From: a virus
Lineage: Duplodnaviria; Heunggongvirae; Uroviricota; Caudoviricetes
Length of the DNA: 35,745 nt
IMG/VR virus record: IMGVR_UViG_2548876857_000008
Reading direction: 5' to 3' (one strand)
In this document: positions 8,461 to 17,427 of the stretch, piece after piece
Layout of the letters: every line of letters starts with the position of its first letter
How positions within the stretch are numbered: the stretch's first letter is position 1
Translations under genes and position numbers: made by a program
Notes under the pieces: model-generated
The model's database searches: none
What the model saw: only the letters and a program-made list of their open reading frames with translations
What the model was told of the DNA's origin: nothing

Positions 8461-9492
8461 ATGCCAGCAAATGAACCTGCAAATGCAATCGTTGTAAATC
8501 ATGTGGTTATTCACCTTTTAGATAAAGAGCCGCATGGGGTGACATCCTTACAGCTTAGCCCAGCAGAGAGTGGCGTCACCGCAGCATCACAACGCTTAAT
8601 AGATGATATCTGTGGGAAATATGCAGGGCGAATGGGGAAAGGTTATGGCCATTTTGAAGATGACCCTGACAATTACCCGATGCAAACAATCGTATCAGAC
8701 TATTTAGCTCAAGAGCATCCTGATGATTTTTACCGTAGCTCCTGCCGCATGATTCGTCATCTGGAATCTCGGATTCAAACAACACCACTCGCTACTGGTG
8801 GCTATGTTCTATTCGCCCACATTACGATGAATCAACACGAGCATATTTTAGTTGCCATGTTAAGCCCCACGACGGGAACTGCGGTTAACGATGCCTTTGC
8901 TATCCAGGAAAGTGTCTACCTTGATATCGACAAGCTACGTGTGGCGGGGCGTATTGACATTACGTCCTGGCAATCAGGTGCCGAACGTTATATAAGTTTC
9001 CTGAAAGGGAGCAATGCTGTATCTGGTTACTTTAAGCAGTTCCTGGGCTGTAACGATGTTTTGATCGCCAAGCGTGAAACAGAGAAATTGCGGGATGCGT
9101 TGAAAGAGTTTGCGACTGAGCAAGGGCTTGACCCCGCACGTCGAGAGGCTTTTCTGCAAACGGCCCATGACCATTTGAAGCAACTGAGCAAAGATGGTGA
9201 GCCTGTAGATCTGACAACCTTTGTGAACGCAGTCTGGCCACAAGAACCAGAACTGCTATCGACTAAGCTGGCCAACCAAGAACTGGAACTGTCGGATGGT
9301 TTTGTCCCAGATGGACGCGTACTAAAAGGAATCATTTCCTTTAAAGGAAAGTCCAATCATTGGGAGCTAAAGTTTGATCGTGCTGGTCTTCAAGATGGTT
9401 CAATTGAGTATAATCGTGATCAGGATGTAATCATTCTAAGGAATATTCCTGATAGCTTCAGAGAAGAGATACTGGATGAGGTTGAGGAGTGA
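8461..9492 (+). CDS. NdpA/YejK-like nucleoid-associated protein homolog (NA37 family)
   Basis: GGYVLFAHITMNQHEHILVAMLS and YISFLKGSNAVSGYFKQFLGC closely parallel E. coli YejK ([23 protein letters not shown] and [23 protein letters not shown]). Length is about the same. The track start at 8410 is GTG; ATG at 8461. Confidence 0.7.
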   Translation: MPANEPANAIVVNHVVIHLLDKEPHGVTSLQLSPAESGVTAASQRLIDDICGKYAGRMGKGYGHFEDDPDNYPMQTIVSDYLAQEHPDDFYRSSCRMIRHLESRIQTTPLATGGYVLFAHITMNQHEHILVAMLSPTTGTAVNDAFAIQESVYLDIDKLRVAGRIDITSWQSGAERYISFLKGSNAVSGYFKQFLGCNDVLIAKRETEKLRDALKEFATEQGLDPARREAFLQTAHDHLKQLSKDGEPVDLTTFVNAVWPQEPELLSTKLANQELELSDGFVPDGRVLKGIISFKGKSNHWELKFDRAGLQDGSIEYNRDQDVIILRNIPDSFREEILDEVEE

Positions 9493-10697
9493 GTATCAGT
9501 TTTGAGCAACTGGTGGGATTGTACAGGCAGATTACTTTCGGTAACGATATGGCCGAAGGTACGCTGGTGCTTACCCCAGAATCCTGCGAGTTGCTCAACG
9601 CTTTGCTTGAGGACACCGATACATATGGGATCTCTCTGGCACAAGGTGAAGTAGTGGCTGGCCAGCAGGTGTCGCTTTTTGTGAACGCCCCAAAGACAAA
9701 GCTAGGTCTGCTATGCCGTAATTTGGCGGCTTTGTTAAAGTCGCCAAAACACCAAAGCGAGGAACCTTCCCGCTACTACCTGATCGACAGCCAATTTTAT
9801 AGTTCGGATGCGCCAACATCTGTAATTGAAAACTACCGCACTATCTTAACATTTCTGCGCCTGCTTAAAGAAAAGTCGGCATACTTTGATACCAGTGCAT
9901 ATGAATGCGTTTTTTTCCGCGCCGATGTATTTAAATTACCTATACGTTACAGTGCAGAAACCGTAGAAAATCTTGATAAAACGACACTCGATGAACTCAT
10001 TCAGCAGTTTTCTGACGACACACACAAAGAGCAGAAACTCTCGCTTTTAATTGAAAGCATCCAGTTAATCGGTCAGGAAACGGAAAACAATAAAGTCTTT
10101 GAGTATGCACTGAAGAACATTGATAAATTAAAAGTTGAGTTCGATAAGGGTTATCGCCTCTTCACTTCTGGGTTCTCATACGAAAAGGTTCTGGATGAAC
10201 TTAGAACCGCCAAAGTTGAAGAAATGGGACGTATCCATAAAGTCTTTTCAGATATCCAAAACCAGATACTGGGTATCCCAGTCGCAACCATTATCGTCGC
10301 GACACAAATCAAGAAAGCAAGTGGTGATGTCTATCAAACCATTATCAATAGCGCAGTTTTTTTAGGGGCCTTTGTTTTTGCTACGTTGGTTATGTTGACT
10401 TTGTTCAACCAGTTACAGACGTTAACTGCTATCAAAGAAGAACTTCGACATAAAAAGACTCAGGTTGATAAAAAGTATGCATCAATAAAAAATGACATTG
10501 ATAGTATCTTTTGCTCTGTACGTAAACGTCTTTGCCGTCAGGTTATCGCGTTCTGGTTTATTATTATGTTCCTTGTTGTCGCTATTATATCGACAGGATT
10601 AATTTACCTATACTGCACATACCCTGAAACATGGAATATCTTGGTTACAAAAGTGATGTCATGGCGGCATCACTTGAGTAATAAGCCCACTCCTTAA
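9489..10697 (+). CDS. hypothetical membrane protein (soluble N-domain of about 270 aa plus two C-terminal TM helices)
   Basis: GTG start overlaps the NdpA-like stop (GTGA). Hydrophobic helices IPVATIIVATQI...AVFLGAFVFATLVMLTLF and VIAFWFIIMFLVVAIISTGLIYLY. No enzymatic motif seen. Confidence 0.65.
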   Translation: MSISFEQLVGLYRQITFGNDMAEGTLVLTPESCELLNALLEDTDTYGISLAQGEVVAGQQVSLFVNAPKTKLGLLCRNLAALLKSPKHQSEEPSRYYLIDSQFYSSDAPTSVIENYRTILTFLRLLKEKSAYFDTSAYECVFFRADVFKLPIRYSAETVENLDKTTLDELIQQFSDDTHKEQKLSLLIESIQLIGQETENNKVFEYALKNIDKLKVEFDKGYRLFTSGFSYEKVLDELRTAKVEEMGRIHKVFSDIQNQILGIPVATIIVATQIKKASGDVYQTIINSAVFLGAFVFATLVMLTLFNQLQTLTAIKEELRHKKTQVDKKYASIKNDIDSIFCSVRKRLCRQVIAFWFIIMFLVVAIISTGLIYLYCTYPETWNILVTKVMSWRHHLSNKPTP

Positions 10698-10758
10698 ACC
10701 CCTTTAAAAGCCTTCCTGCCTACCATTCCGCACACTGCCTCCATCACCCAATGGAGGC
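10693..10758 (+). promoter_or_regulatory. candidate late promoter element (dyad motif plus start-site hairpin) before the lysis genes
   Basis: CTTAAACCCCTTTAAAAGCC at 10693-10712. Perfect 8-bp hairpin GCCTCCAT/ATGGAGGC at 10737-10758 contains the GGAGG site and the first ATG. Confidence 0.45.
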
Positions 10759-10762
10759 ACTT

Positions 10763-11053
10763 ATGAAAACTTCTCTTTTCCCGCGTTTATCCGGCTGGCT
10801 GGTGGCATCGGTGGTGTTGTTCGCGCTGATTGCGCTGATTTCCCCGCAGCAGCTTCCGGTCGTTGTTTACAAACTGAGCCTGATCTCGCTGGCGGCGGTG
10901 CTGGGCTACTGGCTGGATCGCAGCCTGTTTCCCTATGCGCGGCCAAATTATTTTCAGTCAGCGGAAAATGAACAACGTCTCTTTGCCGCCGCCATGCTGC
11001 GCCGTGCGGTGATTGTCGCGGCGGTGTGTCTGGCCGTGGCGATGGGGCTGTAG
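10763..11053 (+). CDS. putative holin or lysis membrane protein
   Basis: 97 aa with two or three hydrophobic helices, immediately before the transglycosylase gene. ATG at 10763 has GGAGG 5 nt upstream; ATG at 10751 is an alternative. Confidence 0.4.
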   Translation: MKTSLFPRLSGWLVASVVLFALIALISPQQLPVVVYKLSLISLAAVLGYWLDRSLFPYARPNYFQSAENEQRLFAAAMLRRAVIVAAVCLAVAMGL

Positions 11054-11055
11054 CC

Positions 11056-11790
11056 ATGACGCTGCATATGTACTGGCCGCAGGTTGTCTGGTCTGTGACG
11101 GCGCTGCTGGGGATGGGAATGGCGCTGGCGCGTCACGGGCAACCGCGCACCGATAAACACAATTTCTGGTACCAGTCGCTGGCGGTACTGATTGCAGGCT
11201 GGCTGCTCTGGTGCGGCGGTTTTTTTAGCCAGGCCAATGCCGCCGAACCGCCCGCTTCCGCCAAACCTTACCGCGCCGAACTGGTGCGTAATGCCCGCGC
11301 GGTATGGGGGATGGATGCGCCTGTCGCCGATTTCGCCGGGCAGTTCCAGCAGGAATCCGACTGGAATCCCGCCGCCCGTTCACCCGTTGGTGCGCAGGGG
11401 ATGGCGCAGTTTATGCCCTCCACTAGCGACTGGATCAGCCAACTGCTTCCCGAACTCCGCGCCCGAGAGCCGTTTAACCCGTCGTGGGCCATCCGGGCGC
11501 TGGTGCAATACGACCAGTGGTTGTGGCAGCGCGTCAGCGCCCGCGATGGTTGCCAGCGAATGGCATTCACCTTAAGCGCCTATAACGGCGGTTTAGGCTG
11601 GGTGAACCGCGATAAAAAGCTGGCGGCGCAGCGCGGGCTGGATGCCGCCGTCTGGTTTGACGCGGTGGCGACGGTCAACGCCGGGCGCAGCGCCGCCAAC
11701 TGGCGCGAGAACCGGGGTTATCCGCAACGCATCCTGTACCAGAACGCGCCGCGCTATCTGTCATGGGGAGGGGCTAACTGTGTTCGATAA
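11056..11790 (+). CDS. endolysin, lytic transglycosylase (SLT domain) with N-terminal hydrophobic segment(s)
   Basis: SLT signature QQESDWNPAARSPVGAQGMAQFMPST (catalytic Glu, AQGxMQ). N-terminus VVWSVTALLGMGMALA and LAVLIAGWLLWCGGFFSQANA suggests a signal-anchor or signal peptide. Confidence 0.75.
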   Translation: MTLHMYWPQVVWSVTALLGMGMALARHGQPRTDKHNFWYQSLAVLIAGWLLWCGGFFSQANAAEPPASAKPYRAELVRNARAVWGMDAPVADFAGQFQQESDWNPAARSPVGAQGMAQFMPSTSDWISQLLPELRAREPFNPSWAIRALVQYDQWLWQRVSARDGCQRMAFTLSAYNGGLGWVNRDKKLAAQRGLDAAVWFDAVATVNAGRSAANWRENRGYPQRILYQNAPRYLSWGGANCVR

Positions 11791-12373
11791 ACTCAAAACG
11801 GCGGGGTTAGCCGCCACGCTGATACTGCTATTCGTCGTGTTTGGCGGGTATTTCGCGTGGCTGCAAGGCCACAAACACGGCTACGAGAAGGCGCAGACTG
11901 AATGCCTGCGCCTGCAAAAACAGCAGGCCAAGGCCGGGCAACGGGCGTTGCAGGAGGAAATAAACCGCAGCCAGCAGCAGTTGATTCACATCCGGGAAAA
12001 CGAGCAGACCTACCTCGCCCGGACAGAGGAACTGACCGCCCGCAACGCCGAACTACAGAGGAAAATTAACGATGTTACGCAGCATTACGTTGACGAAAAA
12101 GGCAAGGCTCATACTGTGGCCTGCGTGTTTACTCGCGGCTTCGTGCAGCAGTACAACGCCTCCCTCGGCGTGTCCGCCCCGGATGTTGCCGCCGCTACCC
12201 GCGACGCTGGCGCGGCCGCCGCAGCCGTTCAGGGCGCTGACGCCCGGTTACGCGCCTCCGGCGTCAGCCAGCGCGACATCCTCGCCAATCTCGCCGACAA
12301 CGGCCAGCGCTGCCAGCAGTTAGCGCTCCAGGTGCGTGGCTTGCAGAACTATATCGCGGAGGTGTCGCGATGA
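11780..12373 (+). CDS. Rz-like inner-membrane spanin
   Basis: GTG start after GGGGAGGGG. N-terminal TM helix LAATLILLFVVFGGYF followed by coiled-coil-like sequence. Contains an embedded ORF. Confidence 0.6.
   Translation: MFDKLKTAGLAATLILLFVVFGGYFAWLQGHKHGYEKAQTECLRLQKQQAKAGQRALQEEINRSQQQLIHIRENEQTYLARTEELTARNAELQRKINDVTQHYVDEKGKAHTVACVFTRGFVQQYNASLGVSAPDVAAATRDAGAAAAAVQGADARLRASGVSQRDILANLADNGQRCQQLALQVRGLQNYIAEVSR
12072..12323 (+). CDS. Rz1-like outer-membrane lipoprotein spanin, embedded in the +1 frame of Rz
   Basis: ATG at 12072 after AGAGGA. Signal peptide with lipobox-like LLAASC, then a Pro-rich mature region. Lies wholly inside the Rz ORF. Confidence 0.6.
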   Translation: MLRSITLTKKARLILWPACLLAASCSSTTPPSACPPRMLPPLPATLARPPQPFRALTPGYAPPASASATSSPISPTTASAASS

Positions 12374-12684
12374 TGTTGCAGATTGACTTCTGGGAGGTGA
12401 TCTCGATGGCGCTGTCGTTTTTGGGCGTGCTGGTCGCCGCCGGGAAGATGCTGCTGACCCAGATTGAGAAGCGCCTCAACGAACGCTTTGAGTCGCTGGA
12501 AGCGGCACGTAAGGAGTCGGAATCCGGCTGGTCACGGCTGGAGCGCGAGTTCCTGGAGTTCCGCGCCGATATGCCGCTGAACTATGTGCGGCGTGAGGAT
12601 TACATCCGGGGACAAACGGTTATCGAGGCCAAGCTGGACGCGCTGTATAACAAAATCGAACTGTCGCAAGGGGGTGGTAAATGA
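12370..12684 (+). CDS. hypothetical small membrane protein (Mu gp25 position)
   Basis: N-terminal TM helix ISMALSFLGVLVAAG; ATGA coupling on both sides. Confidence 0.5.
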   Translation: MMLQIDFWEVISMALSFLGVLVAAGKMLLTQIEKRLNERFESLEAARKESESGWSRLEREFLEFRADMPLNYVRREDYIRGQTVIEAKLDALYNKIELSQGGGK

Positions 12685-12986
12685 TGGATAAAGTACGCCG
12701 TGAGTCGATGCGCTGGAATCTGATGCTGGCGCTGAACAAGGCGCGGCCCTATACCAGCAATGAACGGTTTTTACTGGCGGTGATGCAGGCGATTTACCCG
12801 GATGCCACCGCGCTGGAGCTGCGGCGCGAGCTGGACTATCTGGCCGACCGCCGGATGCTGGAACTGGTGAAGGAGCCGTCCGGCACCTGGTTCGGTGATT
12901 TAACCCGTCTCGGTGTTGATGTGGTTGAGTACACTGTGGACTGCGGCCCCGGCATCGCCCGCCCGCAAAAGTACTGGAGCGAATGA
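12681..12986 (+). CDS. hypothetical protein (Mu gp26 position)
   Basis: 101 aa, coupled to both neighbours. Confidence 0.5.
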   Translation: MMDKVRRESMRWNLMLALNKARPYTSNERFLLAVMQAIYPDATALELRRELDYLADRRMLELVKEPSGTWFGDLTRLGVDVVEYTVDCGPGIARPQKYWSE

Positions 12987-13543
12987 TGGCCAGACGCAGC
13001 ACCATTGACAAACTCCCCGAAGAGGTCAGGCGCTGGCTGGAGCGGGCGCTGACCGACAGCGGCTTCAGCGGTTATGCCGAACTGGAAGCGCTGATGCGTG
13101 AGAAGGGCTTCCTTATCAGCAAGTCAGCCATTCATCGCTACGGCCAGAAAATCGAACGTCGTTTTACCGCCATCCGCGCAGCCACCGAAGCGGCGCGGAT
13201 GCTGACCGAGGGAGCCGCCGACGATCAGGACGCCCGTTCGGAGGCGGTGATTGCGCTGATCCAGACTGAATTGTTTGAGTCCATTGTCCAGTTACAGGAG
13301 GCGGAGGACGGCGAGATTGATCCGCAGGAGCGTGTGGCACTGCTATCGAAGGTGGCGAAGAACGTCGCCACGCTGTCACGCGCCAGCGTCAACCTGAAGA
13401 AGTTTCAGGCTGATATCCGTCGTGAGGCTCGTGAAGAGCTACAGCGCGAACAAGCTGCGGCACTGGAGAAAGAAGCCAAGGCGCAGGGGCTGGGTGAAGA
13501 TCAGGTGCGCTTCTGGCGTGAGAAGATTTTGGGGATTCGATGA
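12983..13543 (+). CDS. putative terminase small subunit (Mu gp27-like)
   Basis: 186 aa, directly upstream of the large terminase; helical and charged. Confidence 0.5.
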   Translation: MMARRSTIDKLPEEVRRWLERALTDSGFSGYAELEALMREKGFLISKSAIHRYGQKIERRFTAIRAATEAARMLTEGAADDQDARSEAVIALIQTELFESIVQLQEAEDGEIDPQERVALLSKVAKNVATLSRASVNLKKFQADIRREAREELQREQAAALEKEAKAQGLGEDQVRFWREKILGIR

Positions 13544-15147
13544 AACCTTTAAGCAGCACCGTCCGTATTGTTGACTGGGAGGAACTGCCGCCCAGAGCCA
13601 GAGATATTCCGGCTGGTTTTAACCCAATGACCGACGGCGTTCTGATGAAACATCAGGTGGATGTCCTGAAAATCAGAAAGTCGATTCTCGCTGTGCCTAA
13701 AGGCCGTCGAACTGGCATCACCTTTGCCTTTGGCTTTGAAGCTGTCCTGACCGCAGCCGCCCGGAAAAGCAGCGGAGGTATGGACGTTTACTACATCGGC
13801 GATACCAAAGAGAAAGGTCTGGAGTTTATCGGTTACTGCGCCAAATTCTCTCGTGTTATTGCCGAACAACAGGCGGATTCTGTCTCCAGCATTGAAGAGT
13901 TCTTGTTTGACGATCAGGACGAGGATGGCAACACCCGCAAAATCACCGCCTATCGTGTCCGCTATGCGTCAGGTTTTCAGACTGTCGCACTATCATCCCG
14001 TCCTGCGAATATTCGTGGTTTGCAAGGGATGGTGATCATAGACGAAGCTGCGTTCCATCAGGATGTTCAAGGGGTACTGGACGCGGCAACGGCACTTCTC
14101 ATCTGGGGGGGTAGGATTGTGGTGATCTCCTCGCATAAAGGAAAATCGAACCGCTTCAACGCCTTTATTATTGATATTGAAAACGGCTTATACGGCGAGG
14201 ATGCAGCGGTTTATACCGTGACTTTCGATGATGCTGTAGCTAACGGGCTGTACGAGCGCGTCTGTTTTATGCAGGGCGAAGAACCTACGCTGGAGGGGAA
14301 AACCGCCTGGTACAGTCGCATCCGTAATGCCTATGGCCCGCGTAAAGCCGCCATGCGCGAGGAACTGGACGCGATCCCCCGCGACGGCAATGGCATCTGT
14401 ATTCCTGGGATCTGGATAGAAGCCGCGATGCCGCCGGGAGACGACCGGACAATACTGCGGCTGACGCTGGATGAGGGTTTCACGGCGAAATCCAGGAAGG
14501 AGCGCGAAGAGTACGTCACCGACTGGATCATGCGTTATCTGGAGCCGGTGATCGCCGGGCTTGATATCAGCCTGCGTTATGCAATGGGGGATGACTTTGC
14601 CCGCCACCGCGATTTTTCCGCCATTGTGCTGATGGCCATCATGCCCAACCTGTACCGCCGCGTGCCGCTGATTATTGAAATGCACAAGGTTCCCACCCGC
14701 CAACAGGAGCAAATCCTGTGGTATCTGCTGCGCGCTCTGCGGTGTTTTTCCGGGGCGATGGATGCCACCGGGCCGGGGCAGACGCTGGCAGAGTATACCG
14801 CCGATGAGTTCGGCACCAGCCGTATCGCGCAGGTTAACCTTAGTCGTTCCTGGTATGGGTTGTGGATGCCAAAGCTGATTCAGGCATTTGAAGATGGCGT
14901 GCTGACATTACCAGCGGATGAGAACGTGCGGCAGGATCTGCATTCCGTCGAGGATATTGACGGTATTCCGATGGTTTCCTCGGTGCGTAAAGAAGACCTT
15001 AAAGACCCGGAGCTGTTCCGCCACGGCGATACGGCTATTGCGCTGGCGCTGGCATGGTTTGCATCTGTCGCCATACATACCGGCCCGGTGACGGTGAACT
15101 CCCGCCGCCGTCGCCAGTCCGCACGATTACTGGAGAACTATCACTGA
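13540..15147 (+). CDS. terminase large subunit (Mu gp28-like)
   Basis: 535 aa between the small-terminase-like and portal genes; P-loop-like PKGRRTGITF and acidic motif VIIDEAAF. Confidence 0.75.
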   Translation: MKPLSSTVRIVDWEELPPRARDIPAGFNPMTDGVLMKHQVDVLKIRKSILAVPKGRRTGITFAFGFEAVLTAAARKSSGGMDVYYIGDTKEKGLEFIGYCAKFSRVIAEQQADSVSSIEEFLFDDQDEDGNTRKITAYRVRYASGFQTVALSSRPANIRGLQGMVIIDEAAFHQDVQGVLDAATALLIWGGRIVVISSHKGKSNRFNAFIIDIENGLYGEDAAVYTVTFDDAVANGLYERVCFMQGEEPTLEGKTAWYSRIRNAYGPRKAAMREELDAIPRDGNGICIPGIWIEAAMPPGDDRTILRLTLDEGFTAKSRKEREEYVTDWIMRYLEPVIAGLDISLRYAMGDDFARHRDFSAIVLMAIMPNLYRRVPLIIEMHKVPTRQQEQILWYLLRALRCFSGAMDATGPGQTLAEYTADEFGTSRIAQVNLSRSWYGLWMPKLIQAFEDGVLTLPADENVRQDLHSVEDIDGIPMVSSVRKEDLKDPELFRHGDTAIALALAWFASVAIHTGPVTVNSRRRRQSARLLENYH

Positions 15148-16625
15148 TGCCACGCGGAATCTACGTTACCCCCACCGAGTTTGTCTCATTCAGCGAGCCG
15201 ACCAAAAGCCTGTCAGAGCAAATCGCTGTCCGCTCGCGCTCGATTGATTTTTACGGGCTGGGAATGTACCTGCCCAACCCTGACCCCATTCTCAAGGCGC
15301 AGGGGCGCGATATCAAAATCTACCGCGAACTGCGCAGCGATCCCTTAGTCGGCGGTTGTATCCGGCGACGTAAAGCGGCGGTGAAAGCGCTGGAGCACGG
15401 TGTCGAACGCGGCAACGCCACGGCGCGGGTGTTTCGCTTTGTGCGTGATCTGTTCGCGGATTTAGATATCGCCCGCATCACCGGTGAAATGACCGACGCT
15501 GTGCTCTACGGCTATCAGCCGTGTGAACTGATGTGGGCGCGTGGCGGCAAATCATGGGCAGTGACCGATGTGGTGGGTAAGCCCCCGGAGTGGTTCCAGT
15601 TCGATATGGAAAACCGCCTGCGCTTTCGCGCCCGTAATGCCGGACTAGAGGGCGAGTTGACGCCACCGTATAAATTCCTGCTGCCGCGTCAGGATGCGAC
15701 CTACGATAACCCGTATGGTTTCCCGGATCTGTCGATGTGCTTCTGGCCCGTGACCTTCAAGAAAGGCGGCATGAAGTTCTGGGTGCGCTTTGCCGAGAAA
15801 TACGGCTCGCCGTGGGTTGTCGGCAAGCATCCGCGTGGTACGTCGCAGGGTGAGATTAACCAGTTGCTGGATTCGCTGGAGGCGATGATTGAGGATGCGG
15901 TGGCCGCTATCCCGGATGACTCTTCGGTGGATATCAAAGAGGCCGCAGGTAAAGCCGATTCCAGCGATATTTACCAGAACCTGATCACAATGTCGCGCAG
16001 TGAGATTTCCATTGCCTTGCTGGGGCAGAATCAGACCACTGAAGCCAGCGCCAACAAAGCTTCGGCGCAGGCCGGGCTGGAAGTGACGGATGATATCCGT
16101 GACGGTGATGCATCCATTGTAACCAGCGCGTTTAACCAACTTATCCGCTGGATTGTGGAACTGAACTTTGGTGCGGTGGACTGCCCTGTGTTCCGTATGT
16201 GGGAGCAGAAAACGGTTGATGAGGTGCAGGCCGGACGCGACCAGAAGTTATCGCAGGCAGGTGTGAAATTCACCCCGCAGTACTGGAAGCGCGAGTATCA
16301 ATTACAGGATGGCGATATCGACGAAACCCCGGCACCTGCGCCAGTGGCATTTGCGGAGGCGGTGACAGCGGATGTCGCCGCGCAGGAGCTGCTTGACACG
16401 GCGCTGGATGAACTGATGACCAGCGGTAAGCTGGACGATACGCTGACGCCGGTGCTGGCTCCCTTGTTTGCGCGGGTACAAAAAGGCGTCGCACCAGCGG
16501 TGCTGATGGGCGAACTGGCGGAACTGTACCCCCAGATGAACACCGACGACCTGACAGAACGGCTGGCGCGTGTGCTGTTTGTGGCGAATATCTGGGGGCG
16601 GCTCCATGAGCGTGACGAGCAGTGA
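15147..16625 (+). CDS. portal protein (Mu gp29-like)
   Basis: About 490 aa following the terminase; ATG at 15147 overlaps the terminase stop. Confidence 0.7.
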   Translation: MPRGIYVTPTEFVSFSEPTKSLSEQIAVRSRSIDFYGLGMYLPNPDPILKAQGRDIKIYRELRSDPLVGGCIRRRKAAVKALEHGVERGNATARVFRFVRDLFADLDIARITGEMTDAVLYGYQPCELMWARGGKSWAVTDVVGKPPEWFQFDMENRLRFRARNAGLEGELTPPYKFLLPRQDATYDNPYGFPDLSMCFWPVTFKKGGMKFWVRFAEKYGSPWVVGKHPRGTSQGEINQLLDSLEAMIEDAVAAIPDDSSVDIKEAAGKADSSDIYQNLITMSRSEISIALLGQNQTTEASANKASAQAGLEVTDDIRDGDASIVTSAFNQLIRWIVELNFGAVDCPVFRMWEQKTVDEVQAGRDQKLSQAGVKFTPQYWKREYQLQDGDIDETPAPAPVAFAEAVTADVAAQELLDTALDELMTSGKLDDTLTPVLAPLFARVQKGVAPAVLMGELAELYPQMNTDDLTERLARVLFVANIWGRLHERDEQ

Positions 16626-17427
16626 GCTGGCGTATTGTCTGAGTCTTCCACCAAAGCGAGCCATCGGCTATCTGGAGTCCAAAGGCTATACCCTGTCGTG
16701 GGACTGGGAAGAAGTTTGGCAGGAGGCCCACGCCCGCGCCTTTACCGTGGCGAAGGTGACAAAGCTGGATGTACTGGAAGATATCCGCCGTGCACTGGAG
16801 CGGTCACTGGCAGAGGGCAAAACCGGCGCGTGGTTCCGTAAGGAGCTGGAACCAGTGCTGAAAGAGAAAGGCTGGTGGGGTGAGAAAGAAATCACCGACC
16901 CGGACACCGGGGAAGTGACCATCATCCAGCAAGGCAGTACCTGGCGGCTTGATACCATCTACCGCACCAATATGACGGTGGTTTACAGTGCCGGGCGCTG
17001 GGCCGAACAGATGGAAAACGTCGACGATCGTCCATATGGGATGTACTGTGCCATTTGCGACAACCGCACCCGTCAACCCCACCTCCTGCTGCATCAGATG
17101 GTTATGCGTCTTGATGATCCATTCTGGCAGTCATTCTACCCGCCTAACGGCTGGGGGTGCCGCTGTACAGTGATAGCAATGACTGAGGCGGATGTCCGCC
17201 GCCGCGGGCTGAAAATCACGGCCTCCGGCGATGCGCTGGGGGAAACGATGAAACTGATATCGATGCAAACCGGAGAATTGCAACCGGTGGCCACCTTTAC
17301 TATTGGCAATACGATTATCACCCCGGATGCGGGCTGGTCATACGCGCCGGGCGCGGCGTACCGCCCGGACTTAGCCAAATACCAGGGCGTGCTCGCGCCG
17401 CTGGCGCAACAGGAGCTGGCACCATGA
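16606..17427 (+). CDS. Mu F-like head morphogenesis protein
   Basis: Conserved NGWGCRC motif (PNGWGCRCTVIAMTE) typical of the Mu F / SPP1 gp7 family. ATG at 16606 follows GGGGG. Confidence 0.8.
   Translation: MSVTSSELAYCLSLPPKRAIGYLESKGYTLSWDWEEVWQEAHARAFTVAKVTKLDVLEDIRRALERSLAEGKTGAWFRKELEPVLKEKGWWGEKEITDPDTGEVTIIQQGSTWRLDTIYRTNMTVVYSAGRWAEQMENVDDRPYGMYCAICDNRTRQPHLLLHQMVMRLDDPFWQSFYPPNGWGCRCTVIAMTEADVRRRGLKITASGDALGETMKLISMQTGELQPVATFTIGNTIITPDAGWSYAPGAAYRPDLAKYQGVLAPLAQQELAP

Noticed and set aside
14188-14712. 174-aa minus-strand ORF inside the large terminase gene
   Set aside because: Antisense shadow ORF with no independent support.
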